IMG/VR virus record: IMGVR_UViG_3300012031_000039
Location: 1 to 35,254 of that record
Direction: 5' to 3' (one strand)
Origin: a virus
Lineage: Duplodnaviria > Caudoviricetes
Length of the DNA stretch: 35,254 bases
Below are positions 26,656 through 35,254 of this stretch, one piece after another; the first letter of the stretch is position 1; each line of letters opens with the position of its first letter. The notes beneath the pieces were generated by a model that searched no databases, was not told where the DNA came from, and saw only the letters and a list, made by a program, of their open reading frames with translations. A program made the translations under genes and the position numbers.

Positions 26656-28360
26656 CTAATATCAATAAATAGGTTTTCTGTTCTACGTCTTTTAGCTTTT
26701 GCTTTCTAAAATCAATAACAGCGTCTACACTAGAGCAAACTATGGGGTTGCCGTGAGTATTAAATGAAGTGTTTATCACACATAGACTGTTCACATTTTC
26801 TAGAATGCTAGAAATATTACTCTGTGAACACCTAGAAATAACTTGAGGTCTACCACTAAAGTTAGTAGTTTTTGGGTATTTATGCATAACGCCTCTGTAC
26901 TCCATATGCTCAACAGCATCTTCATTAAAATCATCTGTTATTATCATGTATTCGTTTGATCTTATGACTCTAGATCTATCTAAATGACTTCTAAATAAAT
27001 CTATATAATTTTTCTCTAAAAGTACAGGCGCCATAGGCATTACTGTATTTCTACTATTGAGCATGTTTATATAATCTACATTCTCTTTAGTTGGTAAAGC
27101 TAATGTACTTGTGTTACATAAAGCTCTTGGGCCAAATTCTAAATCTCCTTGTATGATATTAACTACCTTATCTTCGTTGATTAATTGAGCTACTTTAGAG
27201 ATAAACTCATTAGGTTCAGTAAAATGCATAATTCTAGAGTCTTCTACTTTGTGGTCTAATGATCTCACACCGTAGCACAGATCAAAGAACTTAAAATCGC
27301 CTATGTATTTTTGGTACATTCCAATTGCTGCACCTTGATCACCAGAAAGAGGCATTACACATATGTCACCTTCTATGGTTTTCTTTATTGCATTATTGAG
27401 TTTCACATTGTAGAAACAACCGCCAGAGAGAACTATGTTTTTGACATTTAAACTTGATATGAGCTTAGTCATTATGTTTTCTACACAGTACTGAATGTAG
27501 TAACCTATTATGTGTCTTTTGAGATGATTTATTATCTCTTCTGAGCCACTCTGAAGTGTTTTCATAACGTTGTCAAACTGTATATTGAATATAGATTCAG
27601 CAGTCATTAGAGCTTCTACATCAATGTAGCCTTCGTGTGTTTTCTCCTTCTTCTGTTTAAATATACCTAGTATTTTCAAATAGTTTTCTATATAAGTGTC
27701 AGCTAACTCTTCTATTGTTCTAAGTTGCTGCCTAGAAATATAATCTAGAATGTGAGCTTCATAACCTAGAAACTTATATTCATCTTGATTTTCTTTCATA
27801 CCACAGTAAGAACATGCATACTGGTACATCAAACCCATAGAGTTCATGTAGTCATAGTATCTGCTTTGTAGTTCTAGTTTTCCAGTCTTTGTGTTGTATC
27901 TATAGAAAGACATCACCTCTTCGTTGTTACCAAAACCATCTGCTACTAAGAAATGAAAGTCACCTAGGTTTTTTCTCTCTACTTTTTCTAAGATAAAAGC
28001 TAAACTAGAGTAAGCGTGAGCGTCATGATGAGTGAAGTTCTCTGAGAGGTTTACGATTTTCATATCATACTTCTTACATAGATTGTTTATGTAAAAATGG
28101 TTGAAATACTTATCTGGAAATGAAGATTGATCAAAATTATCAAACCAGTGTGAAATAAATATTCTAGCTCCGTAAAGCTGAGAGTCGTCTATGTTTTCTA
28201 TGATCTTATTTATAGAAGACGAAGGAAATGAAGAGTCAGATTTTTTAAGCGTTAGTCTCTCTTCTTCATAACCTACTGGCTTGTCTATGCCGTTGAAAAA
28301 TACAGCACTCGAATTGTGCCCCAATGTAATCATTAAGGCACATTTGTTTTGTTCTTGCAT
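26639..28360 (-). CDS. O-carbamoyltransferase (NodU/CmcH/TobZ family)
   Basis: GHNSSA, EEERLT, HHDAHAYS, DGFG, EYKFLG, SGGCFYNVKLN, GDQGAAIG, EFGPRAL, NTSFNTHGNPIV. Confidence 0.95.
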   Translation of the reverse strand: MQEQNKCALMITLGHNSSAVFFNGIDKPVGYEEERLTLKKSDSSFPSSSINKIIENIDDSQLYGARIFISHWFDNFDQSSFPDKYFNHFYINNLCKKYDMKIVNLSENFTHHDAHAYSSLAFILEKVERKNLGDFHFLVADGFGNNEEVMSFYRYNTKTGKLELQSRYYDYMNSMGLMYQYACSYCGMKENQDEYKFLGYEAHILDYISRQQLRTIEELADTYIENYLKILGIFKQKKEKTHEGYIDVEALMTAESIFNIQFDNVMKTLQSGSEEIINHLKRHIIGYYIQYCVENIMTKLISSLNVKNIVLSGGCFYNVKLNNAIKKTIEGDICVMPLSGDQGAAIGMYQKYIGDFKFFDLCYGVRSLDHKVEDSRIMHFTEPNEFISKVAQLINEDKVVNIIQGDLEFGPRALCNTSTLALPTKENVDYINMLNSRNTVMPMAPVLLEKNYIDLFRSHLDRSRVIRSNEYMIITDDFNEDAVEHMEYRGVMHKYPKTTNFSGRPQVISRCSQSNISSILENVNSLCVINTSFNTHGNPIVCSSVDAVIDFRKQKLKDVEQKTYLLILDDKNR

Positions 28361-28364
28361 GTTT

Positions 28365-28940
28365 TTAAAGGTTTAAATTTACGTTTGTTATTGCACAGCA
28401 GTCTCTCTTAAGAGTCTTGTCATTAAGTATCACATAGTAAACTCTGTCTAAGTTTCTACTCATGGCTATACTTCTTATAGTCCCTATGTGTTTTCCTCTT
28501 TGAGATCTGTTTTCGTATTGTACTGTTCTACCTATGTTCTTATGAACAGCTTTATATTTCTTTGTTTGTTTAAATTCAGAAATAAGTCTTTCTCTTTCTA
28601 ACTGCTTTTCTGTCTTAGGAAGCGTATTGCGTTTTCTTACAGTTTTAACTTCTTTTTTAGTTTCAGGTTCTTCTAGTTCAATACCTCTTGACTCTAGTAA
28701 GAATTTAAGAAGTTTAAGTTGTACACCTTTAGAACCACTTATTTGTTTCTCAGCTTGCTTTGTAGCTAACTGCTTAATGCTCTTAGCATCAAAAACTTTT
28801 ACTTCTAAAGTCTCTAAAACTTCTTCAGAAATTCTTTTTATAAATGAGTCGTATGACTCTTTTTCTTTTGGTTTATGAGATGATCCGTCCTGCAATACGA
28901 GTTCGTGATCATTACCTAACGTGTAATACTTAGCTTTCAT
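28365..28940 (-). CDS. Hypothetical basic protein, first gene of the modification operon
   Basis: 191 aa Lys-rich ORF after a promoter box; 4 nt from the carbamoyltransferase start. Confidence 0.7.
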   Translation of the reverse strand: MKAKYYTLGNDHELVLQDGSSHKPKEKESYDSFIKRISEEVLETLEVKVFDAKSIKQLATKQAEKQISGSKGVQLKLLKFLLESRGIELEEPETKKEVKTVRKRNTLPKTEKQLERERLISEFKQTKKYKAVHKNIGRTVQYENRSQRGKHIGTIRSIAMSRNLDRVYYVILNDKTLKRDCCAITNVNLNL

Positions 28941-29027
28941 GGTATTTGTTTTTGCTTGTTATGCTGCTAATATAAGGAATTTATTTTAAACCCCAAAATA
29001 TTTCTTTAGTTTTTTTTAAAATAAATA
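28941..29027 (-). promoter_or_regulatory. Diverged promoter cassette (-7 box TATATTAG at 28967-28974)
   Basis: Same spacing to the ATG and same TTAGCAG and AAATATTTT elements as copy 1. Confidence 0.6.
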
Positions 29028-29426
29028 TTAAAAAGGTACTTCACAATCATCGTATCTCTTATTTGAGTTGTCTCTGTGCATCTTCATAGAATTATGAGAT
29101 AGACTTAAAATATGTATATTATAGTAGTAATAACCTACTTTTGGGTTGATCCTATCTATTGAAGCAGATCCAGCTTTTTCACCTTTAAGCTCTATATAGT
29201 TTGTAGTTCTGCAGAATATTCTAAACTGCCTAAGTGTCAATCCAAATTCTACACCTCTTTTATTTGAGTTAGACTTTAATACTTGCAATGTGTATTTTTC
29301 AATATCATTGCATTTATTGTATCTATGCCTATGTTTACCACAGAACCTGTCTTTTGAAGTATGGTTGTTTCTACAACCATGAGCTACACATACGGCTTCT
29401 TTTCTGTGGGTTACTATTCTAAACAT
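29028..29426 (-). CDS. HNH-like (His-Me finger) endonuclease with N-terminal Cys/His Zn-binding motif
   Basis: CVAHGC...FCGKH and SIDRINPKVGYYYYNIHILSLSHNSMK. Confidence 0.7.
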   Translation of the reverse strand: MFRIVTHRKEAVCVAHGCRNNHTSKDRFCGKHRHRYNKCNDIEKYTLQVLKSNSNKRGVEFGLTLRQFRIFCRTTNYIELKGEKAGSASIDRINPKVGYYYYNIHILSLSHNSMKMHRDNSNKRYDDCEVPF

Positions 29427-30814
29427 TAATCGAAATTTTTTGCATACCTATCTAACCTAGCTTTGACTGCTTTCATTATACCTTCTTGCTTAGCATCTTT
29501 TCTAGCGAGAGCTTTCATCACATCAATGTCCATAGTTTTATTGATAACTAAATGGTGTATGATCACAGGTTTATCTTGACCCTGTCTGTGCAATCTAGCG
29601 TTAAGTTGCATGTATAATTCTAATGACCAATTTAACCCAAACCAAACTATGTCACTTCCACCCTGTTGCAAGTTTAAACCATGACCACCTGAAGCTGGGT
29701 GCATTATGAGAACTTGAATTTCGCCTCTATTCCATTGATCAATGTGCTCTGGTTTTTCAAGTTTTACTATATTGTATTTCTTTAATCTTTTTTGAATTCT
29801 TTCTAAATCATGCCTGTATGTGTAAGCAATCAATACTGGTTTACCATTTGCTGTTTCTACTATCTCTTCTAAAGCATCAAGTTTTATATTATGTATTTCA
29901 TGATAGTCTCTATTTTCATCATACACAGCACCGTTTGCAAACTGTAGTAGTTTATTTGAAAGAGAAGCAGCATTGAGAGCGCTGACTTCTTTTTCGCTCT
30001 CTAGTATCTCAAGTATTTTTTCTTTTTCAAAATCATCATACTTTGCTCTTATAGCTTCTGGAAAATCAAGTCTTATATAGTTGTCTATTCTTTCAGGTAG
30101 ATCGAGATAGTCTTTAGCTTTCATGCTCATACAGATGTCTTTTATTTTAGAGTGTATCTGCTCATCACTTCCTTTGTTTAAGTTATAATTGAAAACTACT
30201 TGACCATTTGATTGCCCTGGAGAAAAGTAGTTTTTTCTATATTCTGTAATTGTTTTGCCCAGCCTTTCACCTCTGTCTAATAGAAACATCTGTGACCATA
30301 AATCAATTAAACCATTTGGTGCAACAGTTCCTGTTAGTATTACCACTCTTTTAAAAGAAGCTTGTACTTTCTTAAGAGCTTTAAACCTTAGGGATTTTGC
30401 AGACTTAAAACTACTGCTTTCATCTACTATCAACATATCAAAAGGCAGCATAGAACCGCCAAACTGCCCACACAGCCACACGATGTTATCTCTACCTATT
30501 ATGTATATGTCGGCTTTAGCTTTAAGCGCTTCTGTGCGTTTCTTTGGGTTTCCTATTATTTTGCTTATTCTTAAATGGTTTAAGTGCTCCCACTTATCTA
30601 TTTCAGCACTCCATACGCTTTCAGCTACTCTTTTAGGTGCAATCACTAAAACTGTATCTATTTCTAAATCTTCATACATCAAATAATTTGCTGCAGTAAG
30701 AGATGAAACTGTTTTCCCTAATCCCATATCTAAAAAAAGGCCACAATGAGAATTCTCAACTATGTGTTTTTTAGAGTGCCTCTGATAGTTATGCATGTTT
30801 TTTTCACTTAGCAT
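29426..30814 (-). CDS. SNF2-family helicase
   Basis: LDMGLGKT, IVDESS, LTGT, GGHGLNLQ, QLNARLHRQGQ. Confidence 0.95.
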   Translation of the reverse strand: MLSEKNMHNYQRHSKKHIVENSHCGLFLDMGLGKTVSSLTAANYLMYEDLEIDTVLVIAPKRVAESVWSAEIDKWEHLNHLRISKIIGNPKKRTEALKAKADIYIIGRDNIVWLCGQFGGSMLPFDMLIVDESSSFKSAKSLRFKALKKVQASFKRVVILTGTVAPNGLIDLWSQMFLLDRGERLGKTITEYRKNYFSPGQSNGQVVFNYNLNKGSDEQIHSKIKDICMSMKAKDYLDLPERIDNYIRLDFPEAIRAKYDDFEKEKILEILESEKEVSALNAASLSNKLLQFANGAVYDENRDYHEIHNIKLDALEEIVETANGKPVLIAYTYRHDLERIQKRLKKYNIVKLEKPEHIDQWNRGEIQVLIMHPASGGHGLNLQQGGSDIVWFGLNWSLELYMQLNARLHRQGQDKPVIIHHLVINKTMDIDVMKALARKDAKQEGIMKAVKARLDRYAKNFD

Positions 30815-30992
30815 TTTCTGTATAGTTTTTTAATTCTTGTTCTAGGTACTCTTTCTCATAATCATCATGAGAAGTACATAGGTATGAATAATGGTTTGGC
30901 CTTTCTATTACACCTAGTACTAAGAGCGGTTTACTCTCTGGATCTAAAATGTGAACTACTAGACTTAATATTTTAAATTTATTGTTTTTCAT
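30804..30992 (-). CDS. Small hypothetical protein
   Basis: 62 aa, overlapping both neighbours. Confidence 0.6.
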   Translation of the reverse strand: MKNNKFKILSLVVHILDPESKPLLVLGVIERPNHYSYLCTSHDDYEKEYLEQELKNYTENAK

Positions 30993-31266
30993 TTACAAGT
31001 ATGTTTTTTATCTGCAATGAAGTATCTACTATGTAGACTTTAAATCCAAGATCTATGAGTTTTTTATGTACATAGAGCTGTATCTTTCTAGGTTTTTGTT
31101 TTGTTGTTTTTAATTCAATAAAAAATAGACGACCCCCTGGCAACAAGCAAAGCCTATCTGGTAACCCTGTAAAGTACGTAGTCAGTAGTTTTAAACACAA
31201 CCCGCCTATTTTCTCTGTTTCTTCTCTAAGCTTTCGCTCTAATATCTTTTCTGACTCTATTTTCAA
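30979..31266 (-). CDS. VRR-NUC domain nuclease
   Basis: ESEKILE...GLPDRLCL...FIELK...PRKIQ PD-(D/E)xK pattern, in the usual position before SNF2. Confidence 0.9.
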   Translation of the reverse strand: MKIESEKILERKLREETEKIGGLCLKLLTTYFTGLPDRLCLLPGGRLFFIELKTTKQKPRKIQLYVHKKLIDLGFKVYIVDTSLQIKNILVNEKQ

Positions 31267-31600
31267 AATCTATGCTATTAAAAAATTCTAAGTAAGAACC
31301 ACTAAAACCATCCTGTCTAGCTTCTCTAAGTAGTTTCCAAATGTTACATATAATATGAGCTATGCTGTTGTGTACTTGTGAAACATTGTGCTTACTTGCT
31401 ACTAACTTTAAAGCTAAATCTACGACTTTTGCTTTTCCATACTCTTCATCTTCTATGTATTTCTTATAGCTTCTAACTAAATCTAGTTCATTAACTTTTT
31501 TTTCTTCTAACAACCTCTGTAAATTCATTACGCTCTGATGAGCTTTCTTGTAGTCAAATTCTACTGAGCCTCTGTATTTTCTATCTTCTAGCTCATTCAT
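31226..31600 (-). CDS. Hypothetical protein
   Basis: 124 aa between primase and VRR-NUC. Confidence 0.65.
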   Translation of the reverse strand: MNELEDRKYRGSVEFDYKKAHQSVMNLQRLLEEKKVNELDLVRSYKKYIEDEEYGKAKVVDLALKLVASKHNVSQVHNSIAHIICNIWKLLREARQDGFSGSYLEFFNSIDFENRVRKDIRAKA

Positions 31601-31602
31601 AC

Positions 31603-33990
31603 CTATGTGAGTTTTCTAGAGTAAAATTTCTGTTTTCCGTAATGTTTAAAAGTTCTAGTAGAAGTGTTGTATTCCCATTCATCTAAACTTTTCATAATTG
31701 CATTTATTTCTCTAGTAGCATACCTATTCATTTTGTCTTTTTCTTTCTCTAAACACTCACACCATATTTCTGCTATGCACACGTAGTCTCTTTCTTCTGT
31801 GCCTTGAGATAACATGTCCGCTGAAAACTCTTGACGCTCTAGTATATCTCTATCATCCCAGTCTTGCGGTAGTTTTCTTTCTAAGTAGTTTTCTATTATA
31901 CCTCTTCTCTCATCAATTTGGCTGTGTTTAACTTGCTCGTTCTCTGCTATTTTCTTAGCATCTTCACTTAGAATAGTCTCTTCTTTTTTAGCATACATAG
32001 TCATTACTTCTGCCCATATTTGATCTATTTCATCGTCTAAATGTTTCCATACATCTTTTGTTGCTCTATCAGCATTTACGTCTATTGGTATAAATCTCCT
32101 GTTACCACTTGGGTCGTTAAGAAAATCTTTTTCATTTGTAGTTCCAGCAAAAACGCATTGGCGTTTAAAAGTCTCAGAAGATCTTGCGTAAGCTGGTCTA
32201 AATTGATCCTCTTGTTTTGTTATAAAGTGTTTTACCGCTTCAACTTCTGCTTTTCTAAGACCTGCTAGTTCTGCCATTTCTATGATCCAAGCTCCCTGTA
32301 TTTGCTCTAGCGCTTCTTTACCTTGAACTGTCATAAATGTATCTGAAAACCATGGACCACCTAATTTAGAAAAGAAAGTACTTTTGTTTGTACCTTGATC
32401 ACCGACTAAAGTCAAAACTAAATCGAACTTACACCCAGGTCTGAAAATTCTATTTACTGCACCAAGTAACCACTTTCTTATTGCTTCTCTTGTGTAAATG
32501 TTATCATCAGCACCAAAATAGTCAATAAGTAATGTATCAACTCTTTTCTCATCATCCCACGTTACTTCATTCAAATAGTCTTTGATTGGATGAAATGACT
32601 GTTTCTGTAGCTCAAGTGAAAGAGAGTCGTCTATTTTGAGAGTCCCTGTCACACCATATATGCTTTCAATGTAGTTTCTAATTCCTGAATAGTCTACATT
32701 TTTTATTGGTTCTGGATTTTGTATTCTCCTCCACGGTAAACTTCTAAATACATAATGCTTATTGTCAAAATCATTCTGCTTAAATGCCTTTTTTAATCTT
32801 GCATCATTTGCTAAAATCATATTTATGTTGTTAGCTGTAGATAAGTAGTTGCCTTTACTGTCAACTTCTAACTCAGTCATCCAATCTATTTCGTCTTGAT
32901 CACCATCAACATTATTTGACTCTTCAAAATCATAGTCGCCAAAATCATATTTAGAAGAATTTATGTTTTCATTTGCTATTGTTTTCTTTATTTTTTTATC
33001 TGATCTAGCAAGATCTTCCATAGCTTTGTAGCTATTTGGTTTTGTAGAAGTAGGCGCGTCATTGTCTAAGTGAGAAAACAAATGCAACCTAACTAGATCA
33101 AATGAGTTTGAAAGTTTACCTGAACATGGATCTGTACCATGATGAGAGTAAGCAAACTTGTCATCATAAACCATTAGACCCCCAGAAGTACTACCTTTTT
33201 TATAAGTATATCTATCATCATAAGCAGTAGCGTCGTATTCTTCTTTTAGAAAAGTATCTATGCTTTCTGAAATTGAATATGTTCTACAGAATATGCCGAC
33301 TATGCCTTTTTTTAATTCAGGATCTTCTTGCTTATTTGCTGCACCACCTAACTCATCTAGTTTTTTAGAAGCTGTAGGCCACAGACTTGTATCTTTCCAA
33401 TCTATGTATGTGTCTAAGACTTCATCTGCGTCAACCCAAGGACCATCTTGATATTTAAAATAGTAGTCAATGTCTTTTGGATTTGACTGCCAAAACATCA
33501 ATCTGTTTGTTTCAAACGTAGTGTTATCAAAGAGATCAATTCCCATATCTCCAGCAATCTTTCTAGAAATAGCAACATATTCATCTGGTGTTACTTCTCT
33601 AGATATTGGAATTATGAGTCTGTATCTAGGATTTGCGTCACAATGTTTATGAGTTGAATGTATTATAGCAGCATTTCCAAACTGTAGAGTGAAGTCATCC
33701 CAAAAATCAAGGTGAGCAAAATCTATGTCAAGAGTCATCAGTTGTCTGTGGACTACATTCTTAGGGCTTCTTCTACCATTTCTTAGATATGCACCTACAT
33801 AGCCACCGACGTCTTTTATCTTTCCTTGCTCTGCTTTACTCGCTGATATGAATTCTTTGTATGTCTCATTTGTTTTATTTTCTTCTGAAAGTCTTTGCAC
33901 TAACTGTGAGAAAGTCATTTTTTTATTCTTCCAAACTTTCGAGTTAGCACTCATTCCAACAGCTATGTCAATCTTACCGTCGTATTTCAT
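31603..33990 (-). CDS. Primase-helicase (N-terminal primase-like domain plus VirE/VapE P-loop ATPase)
   Basis: TLDIDF and HSTHKH...PRYRLIIP; HPIKDYL, GDQGTNKST, WIIEMAEL, FRPAYAR, GTTNEKDFLNDPSGNRRF. Confidence 0.9.
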   Translation of the reverse strand: MKYDGKIDIAVGMSANSKVWKNKKMTFSQLVQRLSEENKTNETYKEFISASKAEQGKIKDVGGYVGAYLRNGRRSPKNVVHRQLMTLDIDFAHLDFWDDFTLQFGNAAIIHSTHKHCDANPRYRLIIPISREVTPDEYVAISRKIAGDMGIDLFDNTTFETNRLMFWQSNPKDIDYYFKYQDGPWVDADEVLDTYIDWKDTSLWPTASKKLDELGGAANKQEDPELKKGIVGIFCRTYSISESIDTFLKEEYDATAYDDRYTYKKGSTSGGLMVYDDKFAYSHHGTDPCSGKLSNSFDLVRLHLFSHLDNDAPTSTKPNSYKAMEDLARSDKKIKKTIANENINSSKYDFGDYDFEESNNVDGDQDEIDWMTELEVDSKGNYLSTANNINMILANDARLKKAFKQNDFDNKHYVFRSLPWRRIQNPEPIKNVDYSGIRNYIESIYGVTGTLKIDDSLSLELQKQSFHPIKDYLNEVTWDDEKRVDTLLIDYFGADDNIYTREAIRKWLLGAVNRIFRPGCKFDLVLTLVGDQGTNKSTFFSKLGGPWFSDTFMTVQGKEALEQIQGAWIIEMAELAGLRKAEVEAVKHFITKQEDQFRPAYARSSETFKRQCVFAGTTNEKDFLNDPSGNRRFIPIDVNADRATKDVWKHLDDEIDQIWAEVMTMYAKKEETILSEDAKKIAENEQVKHSQIDERRGIIENYLERKLPQDWDDRDILERQEFSADMLSQGTEERDYVCIAEIWCECLEKEKDKMNRYATREINAIMKSLDEWEYNTSTRTFKHYGKQKFYSRKLT

Positions 33991-33993
33991 GTA

Positions 33994-35254
33994 TTAGTCT
34001 TTTTTATAGTATCTTGTTATGTACCCATCGGCATTAAGAGGTAGACCTTCTGCCCAATCAATATCTAAACCCATTATCTCTTCTATGTCTTTCAGCTCTT
34101 GATCAGCTATTTCCAGTTTAACTTCGCACACTACTTCATCGTGTACGTGCATAGCTATTGGATAACCATATGCATCTAATTTTAACATTGATTGTGCCAA
34201 CAGATCTCTTGAAATAGCTTGAACAACATTCTCAACTATTTTACCTCCGTATGTATCAATGTGGATCCACTGTTTTGTCTTTTGATCAACTCCTTTATAT
34301 GCTACACTTCTTGTTTGGAATTTATTCATAACAAACTTAGGGTCCCAATAAAACAGCTTTCTACCAGAAGGAAGTTTTATTGTAAGAGCTTCGTCTTCGT
34401 ATGCGAATTCAACATTTTTAAACTTAGAAACAACTACACTTTGAGAAGATAGAGCTTTTTTCATACACCTATCAAAGTTGTCCCAAAGAGCAACAATTTT
34501 AGGGTTTGCTTTTCTCCATTTTGTTACTGTGGATTTCATATCATTGTCAGACATACCCATCTCTTCACCACCCATTCTCTTCATAGCACCAATTGCACCT
34601 TGGTAACCTAAAGCAAGTTCAGCATTTTTACCTCTAGCTCTATATTCTGAGTCTTTTGTAACTTCTTCTAGTGGGACATTAAACATTCTAGATGCAGATG
34701 CTTCATAGATTTTCCCATGTGTTCTAAATACTTCTTCTCTCCACTCTTCACCAGCAAGCCAAGATAGTACTCTAGCTTCAATTGCGCTAAAATCGGCTAC
34801 TGCAAATGTATAACCTTCTTTAGCTATAAATGTTGTTCTTATTAGCTGAGATAGTATCTTAGAAATGTCATCATACAGCATAGATGCAAGATCATAATCA
34901 CCAGAAGCAATTACTTCTCTAGCATTATCAAGATCTTTTATGTAGTTTCTAGGTAAATTTTGAAGCTGCACTAATCTTCCAGCCCATCTTCCTGTACGAT
35001 TTGCACCATAGAACTGAAATAAGCCATGTACTCGCTCATCATCACATACGCAGTTTATCATAGCTTCGTACTTTTTAGTAGATGACTTAGCTAGTTTCTT
35101 CCTCATCTTAAGTACATCACTAACAGGACCAGCACCTGCCTCAGTTATCAAGTCCGAAATGAGATCTTTTGCAAGTGATTTTATTTCTTTTTGCATTTTG
35201 TCACCGATCCAAGATTTAAGCTGTGCTGGACTGTTAGGATTGTCTAAACCTGTT
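33994..35254 (-). CDS. Family A DNA polymerase, 5'-truncated at the window edge
   Basis: TGRWAG, motif A DFSAIEARV, motif B RARGKNAELALGY, motif C HVHDEV. The frame stays open to the edge (TGLDNPNSPAQLKSWIGDK). Confidence 0.96.
   Translation of the reverse strand, partial: TGLDNPNSPAQLKSWIGDKMQKEIKSLAKDLISDLITEAGAGPVSDVLKMRKKLAKSSTKKYEAMINCVCDDERVHGLFQFYGANRTGRWAGRLVQLQNLPRNYIKDLDNAREVIASGDYDLASMLYDDISKILSQLIRTTFIAKEGYTFAVADFSAIEARVLSWLAGEEWREEVFRTHGKIYEASASRMFNVPLEEVTKDSEYRARGKNAELALGYQGAIGAMKRMGGEEMGMSDNDMKSTVTKWRKANPKIVALWDNFDRCMKKALSSQSVVVSKFKNVEFAYEDEALTIKLPSGRKLFYWDPKFVMNKFQTRSVAYKGVDQKTKQWIHIDTYGGKIVENVVQAISRDLLAQSMLKLDAYGYPIAMHVHDEVVCEVKLEIADQELKDIEEIMGLDIDWAEGLPLNADGYITRYYKKD

Noticed and set aside
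552-34452. All plus-strand ORFs in the track (e.g. 552-767, 5329-5706, 8296-8757, 30255-30686)
   Set aside because: They lie antisense to well-supported minus-strand genes and show the Ser/Leu/Phe-rich composition of shadow frames.

Overview
A 35-kb segment of an AT-rich tailed dsDNA phage (siphovirus-like). The host is probably a Bacteroidota/Flavobacteriaceae bacterium, inferred from TAnnTTTG-type -7 promoter boxes and A-rich leaders. All credible genes are on the minus strand. In transcription order (right to left): family A DNA polymerase (cut by the window edge), primase/VirE-type helicase, VRR-NUC nuclease, SNF2 helicase, HNH-like nuclease; a DNA base-modification cluster (carbamoyltransferase, dNMP kinase, a degenerate thymidylate-synthase-fold protein, dCTPase/dUTPase, dCMP hydroxymethylase-like enzyme), a DEDDh exonuclease and denV; small ORFs and a ~400-nt non-coding block with three candidate structured RNAs; a ~750-nt repeat-rich non-coding region (candidate origin or terminus); then terminase, portal, a moron-like insert (Cys-motif-less thioredoxin plus candidate sRNA), scaffold, capsid, head-tail, major tail, tape measure and tail proteins. 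The best candidates for new biology are the cytosine hypermodification pathway with its second, divergent Asp-type TS-fold protein, the tandem structured RNAs, and a candidate sRNA antisense to a translation-initiation region. All calls come from reading motifs by eye. No database search, folding or k-mer computation was run.
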